Below are positions 9,763 to 21,197 of a DNA stretch of 64,000 nucleotides, piece after piece (within the stretch, counting starts at the first letter, position 1; every line of letters starts with the position of its first letter). A program made the position numbers and the translations under genes. The stretch lies in the NCBI GenBank assembly GCA_937625935.1, contig OW569393.1:124001-188000 (forward strand). The letters run 5' to 3'. This DNA is from Tetramitus jugosus. Its lineage: Eukaryota > Protista > Heterolobosea. The notes beneath the pieces are model-generated. The model saw nothing but the letters and a program-made list of their open reading frames with translations, was not told the origin of the DNA and searched no databases.

Positions 9763-12040
9763 ATGACCTGTCGTTTTTTGCATGATCATTTCATCAAGAC
9801 CCTCGATCACGTGGACAACAAGAAGGACACACTGAGCAGGGTGGCAGTGTTTGGTGAAAAACACAAACGAGATAGATGTTCGTACCAATTCAATGAGCGT
9901 AACATGTATCATCCTTCCAGGGCCCCGGTGCTATTAACTTCTTCTTCTGCTCAACCAGCAGAACTGGTCGAAGAGGAAAAAACATGTCCTCCTACGAGAC
10001 TGGTGGCAAACAGAGGTGTATTATCGACAATATTGAATGACGAAAAGATCTTGGGCAATTGGGACTTTTTTGTTATGGGTGACCACCACCACCAGAATGA
10101 CTGTAGTCAACTACAACTGATCCCCAGAGAAATTTTTCATTGGATCATGTTGTTCATTCCTGCTTTTCCCTATTATTTCATGTTGAGATTCGTGTGTCGT
10201 CAGTGGTTGTTTGAATTTGAGCAACACATTTATGCAAAGGTTGAACATTTAAGTTTGGTGGACGATGGAAAGCCAAAGTACAATATCCAATGTTTCCAGT
10301 CGATTCAATCTTAGCAGCAGTTTCAACACACAATGAGAAAAATGGGTGAAATTCAGAGAACAATAACTCAATCGAAGATGCGTTACGTTGGGAAATGATT
10401 CGGTCAAGAATTTGAACAGATGAGTCTTGTCGCAATGATCATCAAAATCATCACTAAATCGTCTCTTTGTTTCAATTGAGCCAATGGGCTTAAATTGAAC
10501 CAATGTTTCTCGGCCAACACTGTCCCTGCTGAAGTAATACTTGTAGTGTGTGATTCCTGAAGAAAGGCAACTTGACGACCTGTTCAAGGAACTTCTTCTG
10601 AATTGTACATGTATTCCACGAAGATTGAGGAAAATGTGTTCAAAGGGAGTTTGATCTAGATTGTTCCTTTCAAAAATTAAATGCTCAGGACATAGTGCAA
10701 CAAGGTACTCCACTAAATCTATGTTCACCAACCTATGCTAGATCAAGTTTTGAATGGATGGTAACTGTTCCTTGATCATCTTGAAGATTGACAACGCATC
10801 TACATTACACCAATCTACACCAATAAAATTCAAATTCTTTATTGACCTGGGAAATAAACGAACAAGCATCCCCCACATGAGTTTTTCTCTCGTACTTCTC
10901 TCGAAATCTCCTGAAGAGTGGTTTTGATGCGAATGCACTGAATAAGAGAGGAGAAAATACCCTGTTACATTATGCTATTCGCAGCAATCAAATTCCATAT
11001 CGAGATCCAATTGTTGTCGAATTGATCAACGCAGGAGCCCAAGTTGATGGTGAAAACAATGAGGGAGATACTATTCTTTCATCTGCACTTCGCAACAACC
11101 ACTACACACTGATTAATATCCTTGTTCAAACAGCATCAGTTTCGTCGAAACAATGGTCAACTCTCTTGGCTCCGAGAATGAAACATGGATTGAATGCTTT
11201 GCATTATTTGGTCAACAAAATGGTTGAGATCCTTGATTCCAACCAATATGCATTCAACCAGAAAGCAGAACTTCTCTTGAGTGATTATCCTGTCGCAAAA
11301 CATTGTGCACTGCTTTGCCTTGAGCATCATCCTGAAATGCTCTATGAACGTTCTGAACCATCAAAAGAAGAAAATTTGAAAGATATCTGTGGTGTGAGTC
11401 CTCTCCAAATGTTGCTTGAAGCACATCATACATTGCACCTGTTGAATGAATTGTCAATCAAGTTGAGTGACATTGCCAATCAACCAGTGTTTAAAAGCAA
11501 GAATACTGGTGATGAAATTGCTCCCATTCCCGTCATGTATTTAGCCTCAGAGGTGGCATTAGATATTCCACTGTTCGACCAATTGATGAGTTACACTCAC
11601 AATGTATTGATCAGTGATGAAACCCGAGAAACAAAACCGAATCTTTTGCACATAGCAGCAGAAAGAAGTCCTTCTTTATGTGAGTGTATCATCAATTGGG
11701 ACAGCCGCTCATTGTATGGCCCCTAAGAAGGCCCTTCGGCAGACCAAAAAAGAGATGACAAGAATGAGCAATGAAACACGGCCCCATACAATGACGAACT
11801 GGGACAATCAATCATTGGAAGGAAAGGTATCCAAATCCAGACGATTTGTCACTGGTGATTAATCAACCACTGGAGAATGATGACGTTGATAGAAGAAAAT
11901 CAAGGACTGCTAGTACGATTGCTTGGAGCTCAGGTTTTTACGAGATAGTTTTGATGCTTGCAGCATATAATAACACAGATTCTGACAACACCGTCACCAT
12001 TGATGGCAGACAAAGTAAGAGAAGAAGAACAGAACCATAA
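9763..12040 (+). pseudogene. Rearranged pseudogene copy (paralog 3) of the F-box/ankyrin gene
   Basis: N-terminal block on + (9763-10281), three internal blocks on - (10278-10870), C-terminal blocks on + (10919-12040) partly near-identical to 8840-9420; frameshifts and deletions. Confidence 0.8.
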
Positions 12041-12088
12041 ATTAACAGTCACATCTGGTCGACTAATGTTGTGGATAACTCAGGTCGT

Positions 12089-13393
12089 TTAGAGTTGATA
12101 ATTGAGTTTGTCGTTGGAGACTAGCCGGCGGTAAAGTGGATGCAAAGGATATCCTGCGAGGATGTTTGCTTTCTCAGCATCGTGCCCATCCATAATCGAT
12201 ATCTTTCCAGTATCCAAGTCAGACAGATCCAGAAATTGTTGGACAGCATCACGATTTCTTTGTTGAATATGTTCCAAGAGATCTTGCTGGTTAACAGTTT
12301 CACTTTCTACCCCAAATACAATGACGCGACCCTCCATTTGGTCGCAATCGATTGCCAAACGCCCTAAACTGGGGCAATTCATGCCTGTTGAATAGGAGAA
12401 TGACAACATTAATCGTACTTCCAAGGGATCTTGCTCTTTTGCATCGTCTCCGACATTTGAGGGAAGGACAAGCATGAATGGGGCTTCCAATTCCTGTTGT
12501 ATGAAGGAAAGGTGCGAGCGACAAGTCTGTAGCTTTTCATTTCGAATCACCAGATCGATTTCAAGGAAGAAAACTTGATCACCGTCTCCACTGTTGCTGG
12601 TACTGGATGGAAAGAACAACCCTGGCTGAATGGTCTTCAATTGTGTTCTCTCATCGTCATTAGTGTTGAAGCGAATTGCTTTCAGATAGGATTCCAAACT
12701 GCTTTCCCAAATCTCCTTACTTGGATTACCGAGACAATAGGTTGTGGGTTTCAATGATCTTGATGCCTTCAATATCTCTGTCGACGACTTCATCCATTCA
12801 TGCGAAGCAGAATGTTCATAAAAACTTCTATTATCCAAGTAAACTTCTGTGCATTCGAGAACCACGGGATCAAAGTCTAACTCGACCTCGTGTCCCGATA
12901 TGGACTCCTCAGGTTCCCAGGAAAGAGGAGCAAGATCGATTCCTCCTAGATTCAACTTTAGCTCAATACTCGTTCGCGGGATGCCCATATGCATACTCTT
13001 GAAAGCTGGTTGGTAATGTGGATGCTGACCAATTGTTTTGATTTCATTCTTTAGTTTTTCAGCTAGTCTCTGATCTCTCGAAATTCGAAAAATGTACGCC
13101 AGAGTCGTTGGAGTGTCTCTCATTGTTGCCCTTGCGCACGGTTTAAACCCCTGTTCAATCATTTCTTTGGCGGCCTTTGGTGAGCGAACAACCCAAAAGA
13201 CATGTAATGCAAATGATTGAGTAGGATTGTATTCCGTGCTGCCCTTTGGTGCATCCAAGAGTTGCTGCCATTTTGTCTTTGTAGGTGCAGTAGTTGTAGT
13301 TGTAGTACTAGCGCTAGTACTACAGGTTGATTTTTCAGCTTGGGCAGTCTTGGTGAGTGACTTTGTAGAAGGAGATTGGTTGTTATTGTTCAT
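12089..13393 (-). CDS. Uncharacterised 434-aa protein with possible ABM-like (dimeric alpha-beta barrel) domain
   Basis: Long ORF with ATG; CARATMRDTPTTLAYIFR...TEVYLDNRSFYEHSAS resembles the ABM pattern EVYxDxxAFxxH. Confidence 0.6.
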   Translation of the reverse strand: MNNNNQSPSTKSLTKTAQAEKSTCSTSASTTTTTTAPTKTKWQQLLDAPKGSTEYNPTQSFALHVFWVVRSPKAAKEMIEQGFKPCARATMRDTPTTLAYIFRISRDQRLAEKLKNEIKTIGQHPHYQPAFKSMHMGIPRTSIELKLNLGGIDLAPLSWEPEESISGHEVELDFDPVVLECTEVYLDNRSFYEHSASHEWMKSSTEILKASRSLKPTTYCLGNPSKEIWESSLESYLKAIRFNTNDDERTQLKTIQPGLFFPSSTSNSGDGDQVFFLEIDLVIRNEKLQTCRSHLSFIQQELEAPFMLVLPSNVGDDAKEQDPLEVRLMLSFSYSTGMNCPSLGRLAIDCDQMEGRVIVFGVESETVNQQDLLEHIQQRNRDAVQQFLDLSDLDTGKISIMDGHDAEKANILAGYPLHPLYRRLVSNDKLNYQL

Positions 13394-14284
13394 GGCTTGG
13401 TACTTGAATAATATGCTCTCTTGTTTTCGAGTTTTTGAGTAGCTATGTGGTTGGGGTTGTTTTTCGGTATTTACTACGTTTCATCATCCGGTGGATTTTA
13501 ACCGTGCTTGACTTGGTTCAGTTGGACTTGAAGTTCAAATTGACCCATTTACAAAATAGACCACCGGAAATATTTGAGTACTTCTGATTGCTGACAATAC
13601 CGGTTCATGCTCAAGATAAAGTCTAACAACAATCTCCTAACGATGACCGCCCATAGTCCAGAATCCATGCTTTCATTTTTCTATTGCCATTCAACTCCAT
13701 ATGCTTAAGGAGTTTGTGACATTTGGGGTCGACCCACATATGCAAACATTTTTACCAAACTACCAATACTCAGCCCATCTCGCATGAGCCGGTTTGGTCT
13801 GCATCTTTCAGCGTCTACACGGAGCAAGCGACATGAATCGAAATCTTAGGTCGAAATCTGCTCGCTTCTCTTTATCCTTCAGTGCCTTCAAGAACCCTTC
13901 CTCTGTTGGCTCATACGAACCACAATGCTCACTCCACATGGGAACCTCTGTATTAGCACGATAGGGACCATAGTGGCATTGTGGACTCACCCAGAATCTT
14001 GAGGGTTCAATTTCCTTGGATATCAAATCAATGATGGCCTTGTCGCCAACTCTCTCTGCCAGTGATAGAGTACAACGAGAGGGCACCTTCTTCTTTCTGC
14101 TTGTGATAGAGTTGTATTGAAAGTGCATTGCAGGAATAGACGGAGAATGACAAAAAACTCCTCCACCGTTCTCCGTCAAATTATTCTGTGCGGAAGAAAA
14201 AGGCGCGAGACACCTTGCCGGTAAAATTCTGGCACGTGACGTCAGTCGGGGAATAACCGGCGCCAAAACAAACACCAACTGTCA

Positions 14285-16936
14285 ATGATGTTCTCTTCTT
14301 CAGATGGCGAATTGCATCAGAATGATGATACAGACGACGAATTCGCTTCCTTGCCACCCCAAAGTCCAACATTATTGAATGATGGATCGCAGGACAATTC
14401 ATCAAATGAAGCACAGACTACCGGTCAGTTGGAAAACAACAACAACAACCAACTGCAGTTGCAGTTGCAGCAGGTGGTTGTTGGTGCAGTTGGCGCAGTT
14501 AATGAAGCGTTATTGATAAATTCATTTGGAAAGTGTGACAACTGCAAAAAGAATAACGGTACCATTGGAATTCAAACCAGTGACTGTATATTACCCCAGA
14601 GACTTTGTGTCACGTGTGCGAGATGTAAAAGCAAGGATTTAGCAAATGTTAGGGATGCCCGATTCATCTGTTATGGATGTGATGCATCCTTTGATTCTTT
14701 TGATAAATCAAGGAAGAAAACGAAGCATGGCCACTGCTCCTTGAAGCAGGAGAGAACAACAAGTACCAAGCAACAAAAGAGACCAAGTAGCAGCACAACT
14801 AATGATCAACAACCGAGTAAGAAACAATCGGTTGAAATAATTGACTTTTTATTGGAACGTGATGTGTTCGGAATTGAAGAAACAGTCATTCCATTTAACG
14901 CTCAACATCGATCTGTTGACATCTTTTTTGATAAGACAGTCCTTGTCCATTTGACTCCTGCGGTTAGAGATCCACCTTACTTGATACTGCTTCAACAACT
15001 CTACCCAACAGTCGAAACAAGAGTTGTACTTGCCAACAACATAGCTTTGAAGAATCATATTGACTTATTGAAAATGAACATTGATCTTCCACCTTGGCCG
15101 AAACCTGAGGATGATGATGTTGCCAAAGTGAATATTCGAGTGCTGTTTACAAACAATATGCACACTATTGATAGCACTAACGGAAAGTCAGCTCGTAGCA
15201 GCCGTCAAGCTCCTTCAGATATCACTTTTAAGGAGGGAGAACCATTCACAGACAAAAAAAAATACTCAATCGCGACCTCTTCATTTGATCCTCGAGGATT
15301 CACACCCATAGAATACAGCATTGCAACCTCTGATTACAATGAACTGGAAAGAGCTCTTCAATCAAACGAATATGATTTGAATGCGAGAGACAATCTGGGA
15401 TACACAAAAGAGTTTTGGTGCCATTATTTCAACAATACGAAAGCACTCAAGATGATTGAGGAAGCAAAGCTTCGAATTAATTCGGACAGGGAGAAAACAG
15501 AAGATTCTGGTGAAATATCATTAACCTCCTTAAGTAGCAGCCTCGATAAAACAAGTAAGATGAAACCAGATGCGGAGGCGATAGTGAATAACAACAAAGT
15601 AACTAAGCTTTCGAGAGACAATTCAGGACACGTCTTCTCACTCACTCTTTGTGTTATTTCCAAGAACAACCTTCCTGCACATTGGAGAGGAAATCTCTCA
15701 GGAGCCATTTTCAACAAGCTGAAGGAGATTGAGTACAAACATCCATCGATCCGAGTTAAGAAGCTAAACAATTCTTCGTTTGAAATCTCTGGCAATGACA
15801 TTCAAGAGTGCATCAAAGTGAAGCAACTGTTGGTATTCAGAATGGTGGATGTCATTTATACGAAACAACCTTATCATTCCAATCGATATCTGTTGAAGGT
15901 TTCTTCGAAAGAAGAAAATTTGGACTTTGCTCCACACAAGTGGAAGCTCTTTGCTGGTGACAAGAACTTCCATACCTATAGACTAAAGGAAAGTAGTCTA
16001 CCTGATGTCACACAATTCGAGTATCCTCATCCTCCCAAGAATTTGGATAAGATCAAAGTACTTTACACGGATGGCCAAGATAACATCAGCTACTCCAAAG
16101 ATACCATCACAAGGGAAATCATCATGGAGGAATTGAGAAATGCAAATGTCAACAGAGTAATGGCAAAGATATACTTGGGAGGAACAATCGTTGTGAAGAG
16201 CAAGAACAACTTGAAGCGAAAGGCAACAACAGGACCACAACTGGAGAATGGAGCCGATGCTTTCCAATGGCACTTTGATCGTGATGAAATATTTAACAGA
16301 ACAAAGATGGAGCAAATGCTTCAATCATTGAAAGGGAGCACTCTCATTCATAGTAGTGATCCATTGAATGTCTATTCAGTGACATTGTATGATACTCAAG
16401 TGACCGAGGATTTTACCATTAGTCTGAGAATGGAAGATCCAGATGAGAATGGAATCAGCAGACTTGTTCTTCTTGAAGAAGAGAGGTACATGACATACGA
16501 CACGTCCAAGAACAAGGCTTTCTCATATTCTGTGGATGATACATCCCGATCTTCGAGCATGGAAAATGGTTACATTGTCAAATTCTGGGAAGGTGAGAAT
16601 AGAATATCCAGATATGAAACTGCCGAGTTGGTCGCTGAGAGTTTAATCTTTAATCATAATTTGGAATTGTTCTTGTTCAGTGATTCGAACACTGATCCAT
16701 TGTTCCAAGATGCATCAGGCAGATTTTGGGTCAAAGGAGGTAAAAAGTGGACTTCAGAATCATTCTTCAGTGTTCAACATGAAGACGGCAGAGAGTACAA
16801 AGTGGAATTGTGGAATGGTGACAAACCAAGTGTTCAGTTGGGTCCTGAAGATGTTTACTCCACTGATTATGAGCAAGATTATGAACATCTCATGAAGTTT
16901 GCAGACCATCTCATTGATCAATATTACCAGTATTAG
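14285..16936 (+). CDS. 883-aa protein: Cys-rich Zn-finger region, ankyrin-like repeat, degenerate KH-like domain and ~350-aa unknown C-terminal domain
   Basis: CDNC...CVTCARC...CYGC...HGHC; DLNARDNLGYT; C-terminal ~430 aa homologous to the next two ORFs. Confidence 0.75.
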   Translation: MMFSSSDGELHQNDDTDDEFASLPPQSPTLLNDGSQDNSSNEAQTTGQLENNNNNQLQLQLQQVVVGAVGAVNEALLINSFGKCDNCKKNNGTIGIQTSDCILPQRLCVTCARCKSKDLANVRDARFICYGCDASFDSFDKSRKKTKHGHCSLKQERTTSTKQQKRPSSSTTNDQQPSKKQSVEIIDFLLERDVFGIEETVIPFNAQHRSVDIFFDKTVLVHLTPAVRDPPYLILLQQLYPTVETRVVLANNIALKNHIDLLKMNIDLPPWPKPEDDDVAKVNIRVLFTNNMHTIDSTNGKSARSSRQAPSDITFKEGEPFTDKKKYSIATSSFDPRGFTPIEYSIATSDYNELERALQSNEYDLNARDNLGYTKEFWCHYFNNTKALKMIEEAKLRINSDREKTEDSGEISLTSLSSSLDKTSKMKPDAEAIVNNNKVTKLSRDNSGHVFSLTLCVISKNNLPAHWRGNLSGAIFNKLKEIEYKHPSIRVKKLNNSSFEISGNDIQECIKVKQLLVFRMVDVIYTKQPYHSNRYLLKVSSKEENLDFAPHKWKLFAGDKNFHTYRLKESSLPDVTQFEYPHPPKNLDKIKVLYTDGQDNISYSKDTITREIIMEELRNANVNRVMAKIYLGGTIVVKSKNNLKRKATTGPQLENGADAFQWHFDRDEIFNRTKMEQMLQSLKGSTLIHSSDPLNVYSVTLYDTQVTEDFTISLRMEDPDENGISRLVLLEEERYMTYDTSKNKAFSYSVDDTSRSSSMENGYIVKFWEGENRISRYETAELVAESLIFNHNLELFLFSDSNTDPLFQDASGRFWVKGGKKWTSESFFSVQHEDGREYKVELWNGDKPSVQLGPEDVYSTDYEQDYEHLMKFADHLIDQYYQY

Positions 16937-17285
16937 ACTTGTTTCCAGAAACATGAGCGATCCTCGGCAAACAGAACCAACCAACACTGACTCAACATAC
17001 CTTCCTCAGGTGAATTTGGGCTCAAGTATGAACTGAACAACACCACCTCAGACCATAATTCATTCCCCGCACCTGTGTTAACTGATTTCCCATTGTAATA
17101 AAGAGACACTTGTTTGCTTGAAAACTAACCAATGTTTGGAATTGGAGCAAACACCCGATCAAGAAAATTCTCTACCAATCGCAACAGTTGCTGATTGAAG
17201 GACCCTTCCTTCAAATTGTTAAAACTATAAATGTGTACAATTCTCCTCAAATCGAATCCCAACGCACAACTCGCGAACAAAAGAC

Positions 17286-18560
17286 ATGTCAACCACAACC
17301 CTCACTCTTCATGTTCTTCAAGACGAAGAGCTTCCTACACATGTGCAAGGAAAGCTCTTTCCAGCCATCGGCAAAAAGTGGCAAAAGATCAAGTCCGATT
17401 ATCCAGAGATTACTATCGTGGAGAACAAAATGGCTCATTTGTTTGAAATTGCAGGAGAGGATACTCAAAAGTGTATCAAGGTGAAACAATTGTTGGCATA
17501 CGAAATGGTGGATACCATTTTTTGTAGGCCAGATCACCATTCTTCTCATTACCTACTTGAGGTTGCCTCTCGAGACACCTCTCTCAAGTTTATGCCAGAC
17601 AGACAAGTATATCATTTGGATCGACTAGGATCCACTTTTGACTGTTTACCTTGGTTAAACCAAAATCCAAACAAAAAGCGTTGGAAGAAGTTAAGGGTAG
17701 TATACTCTGACGAGTGCAACGCTAGAGATACAATGATGAAAGATTTGAAAAAAGCAAATTGTAAAAAAGTAATGACAAGAATCAACTTGGGAGGCTCGTT
17801 CACGATCAAGAGCGACTCGGATTTGGGAGAACAGACAACAACAGGACCCTACCTTTTTCAAAATTCATTAGCCTTCAGATGGGGATTCGATCGCAAAAGC
17901 ACATTTGATGGAGGAAAGTTGAAAAAGATGATAGAGTCGCTCAGCAAGCCCATTCTTGAGTCCCCTAACACATTATCGAACATCTATTCAATCAAGTTGT
18001 ATGATTCCAAAGAAGTGAAAGATATTACTATTCGTTTGGAGAGAAAAAATCCGGATCCTACGACTGGAATCAGTCGATTTGAGCTCCTGGATAATAGAGA
18101 ATACCAAGCTTATGACACGTCAAACAACAATGCTTTTTCTTATTTCGTGGATGATACCTCTGGAACTTCATACACTAAGAGAGGTTACGGTGTCAAATTC
18201 TGGGAAGGAGACAAGCGAGTAGATATGTTTAAAGATGCCCAGTTGATAGCAAACAGTTTGATCTATAACCACAATTTAGAATTATATCTATTCAGCGAAT
18301 CGACCACTGATCCATTGTTTCAAGATCCATCTGGCAGATTTTGGATCAAAGGAGGTGACAAGTGTACAGAAGAATCCTATATGATAGAGTATCAAGGTCG
18401 AGAGTATAAATTGTACTTGTATGGCAACCAACCGGGTATTCAGTTGGGTCCTTATGATGTCTACTCCACAGACTACGAGAAGGACTATTCGGACCTTATG
18501 ACTTTTGGAAAACATCTCATTGATCAATACAACTTATTGAATGAAGAGCCCGATTGTTGA
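17286..18560 (+). CDS. Tandem paralog consisting only of the KH-like + unknown domain (424 aa)
   Basis: Shared motifs CIKVKQLL, INLGG, GYGVKFWEG, DPSGRFWIKGG, QLGPYDVYSTDYEKDY. Confidence 0.8.
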   Translation: MSTTTLTLHVLQDEELPTHVQGKLFPAIGKKWQKIKSDYPEITIVENKMAHLFEIAGEDTQKCIKVKQLLAYEMVDTIFCRPDHHSSHYLLEVASRDTSLKFMPDRQVYHLDRLGSTFDCLPWLNQNPNKKRWKKLRVVYSDECNARDTMMKDLKKANCKKVMTRINLGGSFTIKSDSDLGEQTTTGPYLFQNSLAFRWGFDRKSTFDGGKLKKMIESLSKPILESPNTLSNIYSIKLYDSKEVKDITIRLERKNPDPTTGISRFELLDNREYQAYDTSNNNAFSYFVDDTSGTSYTKRGYGVKFWEGDKRVDMFKDAQLIANSLIYNHNLELYLFSESTTDPLFQDPSGRFWIKGGDKCTEESYMIEYQGREYKLYLYGNQPGIQLGPYDVYSTDYEKDYSDLMTFGKHLIDQYNLLNEEPDC

Positions 18561-18733
18561 CAGACTACAGTTCTTCTGTGGTGTTCGGCCGCCGTCAACG
18601 CAAGTTAAACAACAAATAAACCGAGATCGAAGGACCCTTCCTTCAAATTGTTGTCGGAAGATTCATCATTCACTACAAAAGAGAACTTTTTCCGGCCCAG
18701 GATAACCGAGACAATCAACAATTCGATAAAAAC

Positions 18734-20029
18734 ATGTCGCTCACTCTTGATATTATTCCAGCGAATCATCTTCCTGAACATGTGAGAGGAACACTCTTCC
18801 AAGCCATCGCCACCAAGTTGCCAGAAATTAAGAGCAAGCATCCATTGGTCCAAGTTAAGAAGCTAAGCAATTCTTCGTTTGGAATCTCTGGCAATAACAT
18901 TCAGGAGTGCATCAAAGTGAAACAACTGTTGGTGTTCAGAATGGTGGATGTTACTTACACTCAACAATCTCTCCATACTTCAAGATATCTTCTCAAGGTG
19001 GCTTCTCAAGATGAGAATCTGGACTTTGTTCCACACAAGTGGAAGCTCTTTGCAGGTGACAAGAACTTTTATACCTATAGACTAAAGGAAAGTAGTCGAC
19101 CTGATGCCAGATACTTCCGCTATCCTTCTTGGGCAGAACCACTTGAAAAGATCAAGGTTGTGTACACTGATCAAGATAATATGAGTCACTCCAAAGATAC
19201 AATCACAAAGGACATCATCATGGAAGAATTGAGAGAAACAAGTGTTCGAAAGGTGAAGACAAAGATATACTTGGGAGGTACAATCGTTGTGAAGAGCAAG
19301 TTGGAATTACAGGGAAAGGCAACAACAGGACCACAACTGGAGAATGGAGCCAAAGCTTTCAAATGGCACTTTGATCGTGAAGGGATATTTAACAGAACAA
19401 AGATGGAGAAAATGCTTCAATCATTGGAAGGGAGCACTCTCATTCATAGTAGTGATCCATTGAATGTCTATTCAGTGACATTGTATGATACTCAAGTGAC
19501 GAAAGATTTTACCATTAGTCTCAGCATGGAAGATCCAGATGAGAATGGAATCAGTAGACTTGCACCTCTTGAAGAAGAGAGGTACCTCATGTATGACATG
19601 TCGCAAATCAAAAGTTATTATTGTTTTGTCAGTGATACATCTCGATCTTCCAGCATGGAAAATGGTTACATTGCCAAATTCTGGGAAGGTGAGAACACAA
19701 TATCCAGATATGAAACTGCCAAGTTGGTCGCTAAGAGTTTAATCTTTAATCATGATTTGGGATTGTTCTTGTTCAGTGATTCGAACACTGATCCATTGTT
19801 CCATGATGCATCAGGCAGATTTTGGATCAAGGGTGGTGAAAAGTGGACTTCAGAATCATTCTTCAGTGTTCAACATGAAGATGGAAGAGAGTACAAAGTG
19901 GAATTGATTGGTAATGAACCAAGTATTCAGTTGGGTCCTGAAGATGTTTACTCCACAGATTATGAGAAAGATTATGAACATCTCATGAAGTTTGCAGACC
20001 ATCTCATTGATCAATACAATCAATATTAA
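18734..20029 (+). CDS. Tandem paralog consisting only of the KH-like + unknown domain (431 aa)
   Basis: Very high identity to 15640-16936, including long identical DNA patches. Confidence 0.8.
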   Translation: MSLTLDIIPANHLPEHVRGTLFQAIATKLPEIKSKHPLVQVKKLSNSSFGISGNNIQECIKVKQLLVFRMVDVTYTQQSLHTSRYLLKVASQDENLDFVPHKWKLFAGDKNFYTYRLKESSRPDARYFRYPSWAEPLEKIKVVYTDQDNMSHSKDTITKDIIMEELRETSVRKVKTKIYLGGTIVVKSKLELQGKATTGPQLENGAKAFKWHFDREGIFNRTKMEKMLQSLEGSTLIHSSDPLNVYSVTLYDTQVTKDFTISLSMEDPDENGISRLAPLEEERYLMYDMSQIKSYYCFVSDTSRSSSMENGYIAKFWEGENTISRYETAKLVAKSLIFNHDLGLFLFSDSNTDPLFHDASGRFWIKGGEKWTSESFFSVQHEDGREYKVELIGNEPSIQLGPEDVYSTDYEKDYEHLMKFADHLIDQYNQY

Positions 20030-21197
20030 ACGCCATCACCAGAGGAGAATACAATCAATAAAAATGTTCTACATCATATAGCAAGTGAAAACAATGAGTA
20101 GAACCATTTTGAACATCGCACCCTCTCTTTCCAACCAAGTCTTTGGCCCTATATCCTACAACATTAACGTCGGTTCATTTGCTTCAATGTTCTCATTTAC
20201 ATCCTCAATCCGTTCACATTCCCACTTGTTCCCTTGCAAATTGGAACTTGTTTAAAACCAAGTCATTTCATGGTGGAGATTTCATGATCCTTGATTCCAT
20301 GTATAACTCAAAGCTTAGTCGAAACCATCAAAGGAGTTGGTTCATTTTAACAGCATGGAAGCAGGAATCCGCTAACAGCTCTCCTTCCGCATTGGTTGAC
20401 AAAAGTTTTGTTCAACAATGTCTTGTAGGATCAAGTGGCTCATAATCCTCTGCTCTGATGTTCTAGTAGTAGTTGGTTTGATTGGGATTGTAAGAATTAT
20501 AAAATATATTCTGGTTCGTTCATCAGAAAAATCAATTTGTCATCATCTGGTGATTTGTCTAGATTTCAGTATAGTTCAGCTACCTCACCGGTACAGCTTC
20601 TGAGGAACGAAAAAGAAAGCAACCACTCAATTTCATCATACCATGGTCATCCAATACAAGCCTGAAATGTTTGGTTTGTTTTGAATTGATATTAAAGAAT
20701 ATTGACAGTTGGCCAAGAACCGTAAAAACTTGTCCGAAAGCTAACTTGAAGATGATTGGTGGGGATGCTTGTTTTCGGACCTGCCATCCGTATCCCCAGA
20801 TTGAGATCAATCCAGTTTAACTACAATAGAAAAGACTGGTGTGGAGCGGAGAAAGAATAAAAGAACGATCTTGTAATTCTCAGAATAAGGTGTTCCATCG
20901 TTATTTGTTTTGTCAAGTAAATTTAAGATAAAAATAAATGAGAAATATCTAAAATATAATTAAATTTAAAGTTAAAATTATTTGTTTTAATTTGTTTATT
21001 AAACAAGAAATATCGAATTAATAATTTTTGAGAATTGTCTGTCACTGTTCAGATGTAGTTTGTAACTGTTCCAAGGCTACTTGTCCTTACTAGCATCGGA
21101 TCGAAAAGTTTTTGCCTTGCATGGAGAAAGTCTATTATACATATTGCATACATGCTTACATTGCTTGTTAGACACTTGGTCAAAGAGTTGCGTGTTC

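Noticed and set aside
13560-14278. 156-aa minus-strand ORF
   Set aside because: Non-ATG start, runs through the promoter of the next gene, no recognisable motif; at most a relic
20100-21190. Short ORFs and an AT-rich tract (20915-21030)
   Set aside because: Fragmented, with no identifiable homology or repeat structure
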